From: Fidelibacterota bacterium
GTDB taxonomy: Bacteria; Fidelibacterota; Marinisomatia; Marinisomatales; TCS56
DNA length: 31,586 bases
Direction of reading: 5' to 3'
Assembly (NCBI GenBank): GCA_043822705.1
Contig: JBDRBK010000019.1
Coordinates: 1 to 31,586 of the forward strand
The notes below the pieces were generated by a model. That model worked only from the letters and a program-made list of their open reading frames with translations. It was not told where the DNA came from and ran no database searches. This document shows, piece after piece, positions 25,834-31,586 of the stretch (position 1 is its first letter; each line of letters starts with the position of its first letter). Made by a program: the position numbers and the translations under genes.

Positions 25834-26629
25834 TTGTTGAAGTTAAGCTGATTTCGCCGTTCCCGGTACCAAGAATTCCGTCTAATTGATTGGTCAGCAG
25901 CGTCAGGTTTTCAAAATCCAGATTGGTGTGGGTAGCCGTACCGCCGGTCGTTTGCAGATGGACCGTAGCCGTCGTCTGGGATGGAATTGACAGGCTGATA
26001 TTGCCGTCCACAGTGGCCGCCCGGCAGAATCCACCGGTGGGCAGGGCTACTTCCAGTGTCAAGGAGCCGGTGACGCCGGCGATAGCGCAGGAACCGAGAT
26101 GACTTGCCAGAACCAGATTACCGGCTGCGGACTGGACGATGACGATAGTGTCCAAATTGGAGATGTTGACTTCACCACCGACCACGACAACCCGGACTGA
26201 CATTTTGTATGGTATTCCCAGAGCCAGGTCGCAGGCATGAACTAACTCTCCGGTTTGGGCCGGGTGCTCAATTTGAAGTGACAGGGTATCGCCGACCCGG
26301 TCGCAGGTCAGTTCGATGTTGTCCAATCCGGCGACGGCTGAATCATAAGAATCGGCATCAACTTTTTTATTCAACTGCCAGCGGATAATATTGGTGGCGC
26401 TTTCTCCGGTTAAAACCAGACTGCCGACGACATTGGAAATATTGATTTCTGTTTCGTCGTCCAACAGATAATCCCCATCCACCTGGCTTTCGACCCGTAC
26501 CGGGTTGCCGGACTGATCCTGGTCTTCTTCACAACCCGGAAATATAAAAACAGCCAAAATCAGCAGAATGAAAAACCAGCCGGCTAATCCGGAATATTTA
26601 GTTATTGTTACTGACGATCGCGTATTCAT
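25805..26629 (-). CDS. DUF4097-like (adhesin-type beta-strand repeat) lipoprotein
   Basis: Lipobox-like IFPGC and repeated GxI/L.l units (VGGEV, AAGNL, VTGSL, VDGNI, TNGNL). SD AAGGAGG upstream. Confidence 0.8.
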   Translation of the reverse strand: MNTRSSVTITKYSGLAGWFFILLILAVFIFPGCEEDQDQSGNPVRVESQVDGDYLLDDETEINISNVVGSLVLTGESATNIIRWQLNKKVDADSYDSAVAGLDNIELTCDRVGDTLSLQIEHPAQTGELVHACDLALGIPYKMSVRVVVVGGEVNISNLDTIVIVQSAAGNLVLASHLGSCAIAGVTGSLTLEVALPTGGFCRAATVDGNISLSIPSQTTATVHLQTTGGTATHTNLDFENLTLLTNQLDGILGTGNGEISLTSTNGNLSISGI

Positions 26630-26687
26630 AGCACTTTCCCCCTCCTTGTTAGTGCGATAATTTTAAGTTATTTAACCGATTGCACCC

Positions 26688-26728
26688 AAAAGAAAAAAGG
26701 CAACCAGCCTAACGGTTGGTCGCCTTTT
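26688..26728 (-). terminator. Rho-independent terminator of the TPR-SLH gene
   Basis: Minus strand reads GGCGACCAACC-GTTA-GGCTGGTTGCC followed by TTTTTTCTTTT, about 25 nt after the stop at 26752. Confidence 0.8.
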
Positions 26729-26751
26729 AAAAGTAAAAACCTGTTTACTTA

Positions 26752-27876
26752 TCAGAACGTCTGGCGCAGGGAATTCTGCAGGGTGCGGATGATCAGCAGG
26801 GCATCGGCGCCACTGACGGAACCATTGGGATCGAAGCGGCCGGTGATCACATCGGCCTGCATGATGCCCCGTTCGGTACACAATGCCATGGCGTTATAGG
26901 CGAAGTGGGAACTGGGTACGTCCGAGAAACGCGATGGCGATTCACCGAAATAGCGTGTTTCCAGGCTGTTGTCGCGGGTGGCCACGACCAGCAACCGTTG
27001 GACCGCCATGGCATAGTTGGCCCGGGAAATCGATTCGTTAGGGAAAAATTCACCGTTGGCGCCCAGTTCGAGCACGCCGTATTCGACCATTTCATTGACC
27101 CAGACCTCGGCCCAGTGCCCCTGCATATCGGTGGCCTGCAGGCGCTGCTCGGCGGCGGTCATCTGGCCCGGTGTCTGGAAACCGGCGGGCGGGGCCGGTA
27201 GTTTGGAAATCAGCTCGCCGACCTTCAGTTCTTCGGCAAACAGAACGGCCAGATCGGCGCGGTTGATTTTTTCCTGAAGGGCGATTTTTTTGCCGGCCAT
27301 CGTGCCGGGCACGGCCCGCACGACTTTCTGGGACAGGGCCCATTTGCCGTCGGCTTTCGCGGCATATTCGCCCTTGCCGTCTACGACCTGCTTGAAGAAA
27401 CCTTCGGCGTTACGGAAATTGTACTGATAAAGATTAGCCAATCCCAGGTAATAGATGGTGGCTTCGTGGTTCTCATCCCTGCGCTGGGCCTTGGTCAGGT
27501 ATTCCTCGGCCTTGCTGAACCAGGTTTTATCCATATCGCGCATTTCAATCCAGACCCGCCCGCAGAGCGCCAGAGCATCGGCGTCATCGGCGCCGAACTG
27601 CGCGGCCTTCATGACATTCATTTTAGCGTCCTGGGCGTTCTTCTGCAGGGCGCAGACCAGACCGAGGCCGGCATAGGCCGGGGCGAATTTCCGGTCCAGG
27701 TCAACGGCACGCTGGAAGGACGTTTTGGCATTATCTAAATTTTCAGTATCTACGGCCCGCAACCCGGCCTTGAAATGATATTCGGGTGTATCGAGCGCGC
27801 TTTGCGGTTTCTGTGAACAATTGGTCAACACCAGCAGCAGGACTGCCGAGCTTGCTATTCGCAGGAAATTTTTCAT
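26752..27876 (-). CDS. TPR + S-layer homology (SLH) domain lipoprotein
   Basis: Lipobox LTNC and about four TPR-like repeats. SLH repeats DMQGHWA...F.PN..ISRA and FSDVPSSH.AY...FDP...VSGA, plus a partial INRADLA repeat. Confidence 0.85.
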   Translation of the reverse strand: MKNFLRIASSAVLLLVLTNCSQKPQSALDTPEYHFKAGLRAVDTENLDNAKTSFQRAVDLDRKFAPAYAGLGLVCALQKNAQDAKMNVMKAAQFGADDADALALCGRVWIEMRDMDKTWFSKAEEYLTKAQRRDENHEATIYYLGLANLYQYNFRNAEGFFKQVVDGKGEYAAKADGKWALSQKVVRAVPGTMAGKKIALQEKINRADLAVLFAEELKVGELISKLPAPPAGFQTPGQMTAAEQRLQATDMQGHWAEVWVNEMVEYGVLELGANGEFFPNESISRANYAMAVQRLLVVATRDNSLETRYFGESPSRFSDVPSSHFAYNAMALCTERGIMQADVITGRFDPNGSVSGADALLIIRTLQNSLRQTF

Positions 27877-27956
27877 GGTCTTACCCCAGTTCTTTTTACA
27901 TAGTGTGCCTTAAATATAGCAGGAAATCCATTCAAAAGAAATAATTCCGCCGGCTA

Positions 27957-27998
27957 TTTGAGGTAAATCACAATCACCTGTTATTGATAAACATCACA
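27957..27998. promoter_or_regulatory. Two CRP/FNR-like boxes in divergent promoter region
   Basis: TTTGA-GGTAAA-TCACA (27957-27972) and ATTGA-TAAACA-TCACA (27983-27998). Confidence 0.5.
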
Positions 27999-28014
27999 AC
28001 GGCCGGGAATGTCA

Positions 28015-28043
28015 TTGCATTCTGTATGAGGAATGAATAATTT
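28015..28043 (+). promoter_or_regulatory. Putative sigma70 promoter for the 28080 operon
   Basis: TTGCAT-N17-TAATTT. Confidence 0.45.
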
Positions 28044-28079
28044 AACTTGATTAATAAGCTAAAGCTTCGTCGAGGGAAT

Positions 28080-29192
28080 ATGTTAAAACCAAGTCGTTTC
28101 GTTGTAATTTTTGCCGTTCTTGCGGTTCTCGCGCAGGCGCAGACTCAAAAAGTTCTGGGGGAAGGGATGGGCCTGAACCGGGACGCCGCCATTGAGCAAG
28201 CCAAACGCAGCGCGGTCGAAAATGGGCTGGGAGCGGTAATTTCATCGGAGACGGTCGTGAAAAATGCCGCCGTGTTTTCCGACAATATTTATTCCAAGGC
28301 CCAGGGATTCGTTAAAACATTTCAGGTCGTGAATGAGAGCCAGGGGCCGGATGGGTTGTGGGAGGTGACGATTGAGGCCGAAATCACCCAGATTCTGGAT
28401 CAGGTCCTGCAGGATGAAACCGCCCTGCAGACCCTGCTGAACAGCATGAACCGTCCACGGATCATGTTTATGGTTAAAGAAGAAAACCTGATCGACAATA
28501 CTCCGACCGATTTTGCCGAAACAATGCTGCTGAGCATGTTTTTTGAGAAGGGTTTTGATGTTGTCGACCGGCAGTTGGTGGCCGCGCTGAAAGGTGAACC
28601 GGATTATTTAAGCGCTCTGGCCGGCAATGTATCGGCGGCCGCCAAGATCGCCAGCATGCTGGGCGCCGAAGTAATCGTGATCGGTACCGCCAAAATCAGT
28701 TCCGGTGGCAAGATTTACAATATGTTTTCCGGGCAAGCCGATATTAATGCCAAGATTATCCGGGCCGACACCGGAGAAATTTTAGCCGTCGTGCCCCAGG
28801 CCCGCGGTAAGAAGCCGCATATCTCCGAATCGACGGCCGGCGTCAATGCCACCAATGAAGCAGCCGGTATTCTGGGACAGCAGATTATCGGTCAACTGAT
28901 CCGCAAATGGAGCACTCAGCAGGCTAATTTCATCAAGGTTTATATGGTGGTTAGCAACGTTGATTTCGGCTCGTACATGCTGTTCGAATCATTTTTAAAG
29001 GCCCAGACGGTTTCGGGTATCCGCAACGCCTATGCCAAGAGCCTGAACGACGGGGTTGCCGAATATGAAATCGAGTTTGAGGGCAAAGCCCAGGATCTGG
29101 CCATGGGACTGACACGCACGGCGCCTGATGGCTTCAGTTTCAAAATTACCGGTTTGAGCGGCAATCGCATTACCGCCGAAATCGTTCAATAA
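28080..29192 (+). CDS. Secreted protein with FlgT N-terminal-like domain and CsgG/FlgT-M-like domain
   Basis: Signal peptide, then G.G.....AI..A.RSAVE...G..I.SET.V......D.I.S...GFV (FlgT_N-like), then PRIM, GFDVVD, GAEVIVIG.A and ADTGEILA. SD GAGGG. Confidence 0.75.
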   Translation: MLKPSRFVVIFAVLAVLAQAQTQKVLGEGMGLNRDAAIEQAKRSAVENGLGAVISSETVVKNAAVFSDNIYSKAQGFVKTFQVVNESQGPDGLWEVTIEAEITQILDQVLQDETALQTLLNSMNRPRIMFMVKEENLIDNTPTDFAETMLLSMFFEKGFDVVDRQLVAALKGEPDYLSALAGNVSAAAKIASMLGAEVIVIGTAKISSGGKIYNMFSGQADINAKIIRADTGEILAVVPQARGKKPHISESTAGVNATNEAAGILGQQIIGQLIRKWSTQQANFIKVYMVVSNVDFGSYMLFESFLKAQTVSGIRNAYAKSLNDGVAEYEIEFEGKAQDLAMGLTRTAPDGFSFKITGLSGNRITAEIVQ

Positions 29193-29207
29193 TTAACGGA
29201 GGTTACC

Positions 29208-30062
29208 ATGAAAAAACTATTTATCGTCATTTTAGCGTGTTGTTCATTGGCCTTGGCCCAATACGGTTATGGTGTCGTGGCGGGAGCGGTTATTGAAGAG
29301 ACGGAAAACGGTGCCATCAATTACTCTCAGAGAATTATCACCGCCACCGGGATCGGGGCAATCCCGGAATATGCCGTGAATGCCGGCCAGGCCCGAGCCA
29401 TGGCTATTCGCGCTGCCAAGGCTGATGCCCGCCGTCAATTGGTGGAGATGGTCAATGGTATAACGCTGACCAGTGAGACCACGATGCGCAACCGTATGGC
29501 CGACGAAGTGGTCAAAGAGAGTGTTTCCGGTGTCATCACCGGGGCTTACCAAGTCGGCGAAGTGCGCTACCTGAGCGACACATCAGTGGAACTGACCATG
29601 GCCGTTTCGATGAGTGGAATTTCCGAGGTCGTGACCCCGGTCGTAGGGTTCGCGGCCACCGCGCCAGCAGATGTTGCGACAGCTCCGGTCCTAACGACTA
29701 CGGCCGTCGATCCGGCCGCCGGAGTATATACCGGTATAATCATCGATGCGCGCGGCCTGAATGTGCGCCCGGCGATGGCCCCCAAAATCCTGGACCAGAA
29801 CGGCAGCGCCGTGTACGGACCGGGTAATTACACCCGTGAATACGCCGTCACCAACGGCGTCGCCGGCTATTCCAAGACGCTGGAAGCCGCCCGGGAAGAC
29901 CTGCGCGTCAAGGGCAACCCGCTGGTACTGAAGGCCAGTTCGGTCAGCGGTGTCAACCGCACCGACGTAGTCGTAACCAACGCGGATGTTATCAAAATCA
30001 ACCAGGCTAATTCCGCCAACAATGTGCTGCGGGATTGCCGAATATTGTTTTTGCTCGACTGA
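29208..30062 (+). CDS. LPP20/FlgP-like exported protein
   Basis: I.ATG.G, A.RAAK.DA.RQL.E.V.G..L.SET (LPP20-like) and a C-terminal YTGIIIDARGL...PAM.PKI domain. SD GGAGG. Confidence 0.75.
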   Translation: MKKLFIVILACCSLALAQYGYGVVAGAVIEETENGAINYSQRIITATGIGAIPEYAVNAGQARAMAIRAAKADARRQLVEMVNGITLTSETTMRNRMADEVVKESVSGVITGAYQVGEVRYLSDTSVELTMAVSMSGISEVVTPVVGFAATAPADVATAPVLTTTAVDPAAGVYTGIIIDARGLNVRPAMAPKILDQNGSAVYGPGNYTREYAVTNGVAGYSKTLEAAREDLRVKGNPLVLKASSVSGVNRTDVVVTNADVIKINQANSANNVLRDCRILFLLD

Positions 30063-30116
30063 CCGGAATTGAAATTACAGGAATCAAGCTAAAAGACAGG
30101 GAAAGACCGTACTGCT

Positions 30117-30740
30117 ATGAAGGGACGAATTATTGGTTGCATTTTGTTAGCCGGACTGACCATCGGCTGGGCTCAGGAGGAAGTTGTCGTACCGGAGGAC
30201 TCAACCGCGCAAGCGACTCTGCTGCAGGTCGGCGATCTTGCCCCCAGTTGGGCCTTGATGTATGCGCCGGGGAAATTCGAATATCTGCGTAACTGGACGA
30301 TCGAGAAAGACGGGCGGTTGAAGCGGTTTACGACCCAGCCCGAGCGCCACGTGGTGATAATGAGCTTTTTTGCCACCTGGTGCAAGCCCTGCATGAAGGA
30401 ACTGCCGCACCTGGAAAATCTGTACCGGAAATATCAGAATGAGAAAGTAAAATTTTTCCTGGTCGACATCACCGAAGCCACCCGCACATCCCCGGGATTC
30501 GAAGATGCGCCGGAAGCTGGTCCGTTTCTTGCAGAAAAAGGAATCACGATGCAGGTCCTGAATGACAGTCGCGGCGTCGTTAAAAAAAATTACGGGGTGG
30601 CAACCTTGCCCCGTCTGTTTGTTGTAGACAAGTATCAGACCATCAGGCTGATGAAACAAGGTTTTCATGAAGGAGAAGATTTCGAGGGGGATTTGATCCG
30701 CGCCATTGATGAACTATTGGCGGAGGCGGACAAGGATTAG
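30117..30740 (+). CDS. Secreted TlpA-family thiol-disulfide oxidoreductase
   Basis: Signal peptide, GD.AP, FFATWCKPCMKELP and YGV..LP.LFVVD. Confidence 0.92.
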   Translation: MKGRIIGCILLAGLTIGWAQEEVVVPEDSTAQATLLQVGDLAPSWALMYAPGKFEYLRNWTIEKDGRLKRFTTQPERHVVIMSFFATWCKPCMKELPHLENLYRKYQNEKVKFFLVDITEATRTSPGFEDAPEAGPFLAEKGITMQVLNDSRGVVKKNYGVATLPRLFVVDKYQTIRLMKQGFHEGEDFEGDLIRAIDELLAEADKD

Positions 30741-30808
30741 ACGACCGTACGATCCCCGGACTACTTTTTTACTGATACATCTCCCCATTTGGGGAAAGCG
30801 AGAGGGCT

Positions 30809-31495
30809 ATGAATAGATTAATCTTCGAGAGAGGGATGCGCTTGTTCCTGAGCGCTTTGGTCCTGCAAGCCACCCTGCCGGTCGTGGCGACTGCCCAGGA
30901 CAAAGAAACCGTTGCCGTACTGGATTTTGAAGGGCGCGGTATATCCCAGATGGAATCCCAGACTCTGACCGACCGCCTGAGTTCGGAGCTGGCCAAGACC
31001 AACGCCATGATCCTGGTGGAGCGCAACCAGATGAATGAAATCCTCGGCGAACAGGGATTTCAACAGTCCGGTTGTACCAGCGCCGAATGTGCCGCGGAAG
31101 TTGGTGCATTATTGGGTGTTCAGCATATGATCGCCGGATCGTTCGGCAAACTGGGCAACAGTTATACCATCGACGCCAAAATGTTTTCCGTGGAAACCGG
31201 CAAGACCGAGAAAACTGTCAGCGCGACCTACAAGGGCGAAATCGACGGACTGCTGACCGAGATAGAAATACTGGCCTGGAAAATCGTCGGCCTGAATCCA
31301 CCGCCGGAATTACTGGCGCAACAGAAAGCCGGTGTTCAACCAATGGTAGCGGCCGTGGCCCCGGCCGAGGAAAAAGGCGGCGGCTGGCTGCTGTGGGCGG
31401 TGCTGGGTGTGGCCGGCGCCGGCGCGGCGGCTTATTTTCTGATGGGACAGGGCGGCGATGAGCCATTGCCGGGCCCACCAACGTTACCGGAATAA
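30809..31495 (+). CDS. CsgG/HfaB-like domain protein with C-terminal membrane segment
   Basis: Signal peptide, VAVLDFEGRG, LVER.QM.EIL.EQGFQQSGC...EC and VETG. C-terminal WLLWAVLGVAGAGAAAYF plus a Pro-rich tail. Alternative start ATG 30836. Confidence 0.82.
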   Translation: MNRLIFERGMRLFLSALVLQATLPVVATAQDKETVAVLDFEGRGISQMESQTLTDRLSSELAKTNAMILVERNQMNEILGEQGFQQSGCTSAECAAEVGALLGVQHMIAGSFGKLGNSYTIDAKMFSVETGKTEKTVSATYKGEIDGLLTEIEILAWKIVGLNPPPELLAQQKAGVQPMVAAVAPAEEKGGGWLLWAVLGVAGAGAAAYFLMGQGGDEPLPGPPTLPE

Positions 31496-31586
31496 GTCTA
31501 ATTATTTAAGCTTATGAATGCATTTAATTCCAATAAAATTTCCTGCGAGTGTCCAATGAAGACCAAAATAGCTGATCGCAAACGAA

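Noticed and set aside
30781..30803. Small hairpin TCCCCA-TT-TGGGGA before the last gene
   Set aside because: Very short loop and no downstream U-tract, so no function can be supported.
31514..31586. Open frame running off the window end (ATG at 31514 or 31556)
   Set aside because: Too short to assess and has no clear SD.

Overview
A gene-dense, moderately GC-rich bacterial chromosome window from a diderm organism, judged from its outer-membrane beta-barrels and lipoproteins. The gene mix and signal-peptide style suggest the FCB group (Marinimicrobia-like), which is an inference. About 32 CDSs are supported. Housekeeping genes include dnaE, dtd, a split methylmalonyl-CoA mutase B12-binding subunit next to an acyl-CoA carboxyltransferase, Xaa-Pro peptidase, menG/ubiE, pcm, a YadG/YadH-like ABC pair, ligA and a class V PLP enzyme. 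Many secreted or envelope proteins are interspersed among them. I see no rRNA, tRNA, CRISPR, transposase or prophage. The most interesting signal is a candidate envelope system. It comprises four CsgG/FlgO/FlgT-like proteins, an LPP20/FlgP-like protein, a TlpA-like oxidoreductase and a TPR-SLH lipoprotein, with no flagellar or curli genes in the window. CRP-type TGTGA-N6-TCACA boxes lie upstream of these loci (one perfect, two near-perfect, one weak). Also noted: a probable CTG-initiated gene upstream of ligA, a probable +1 frameshift in one CsgG-like gene, and frequent Gln directly after signal-peptide cleavage sites. All family calls were made by eye from motifs, and no database searches were run.
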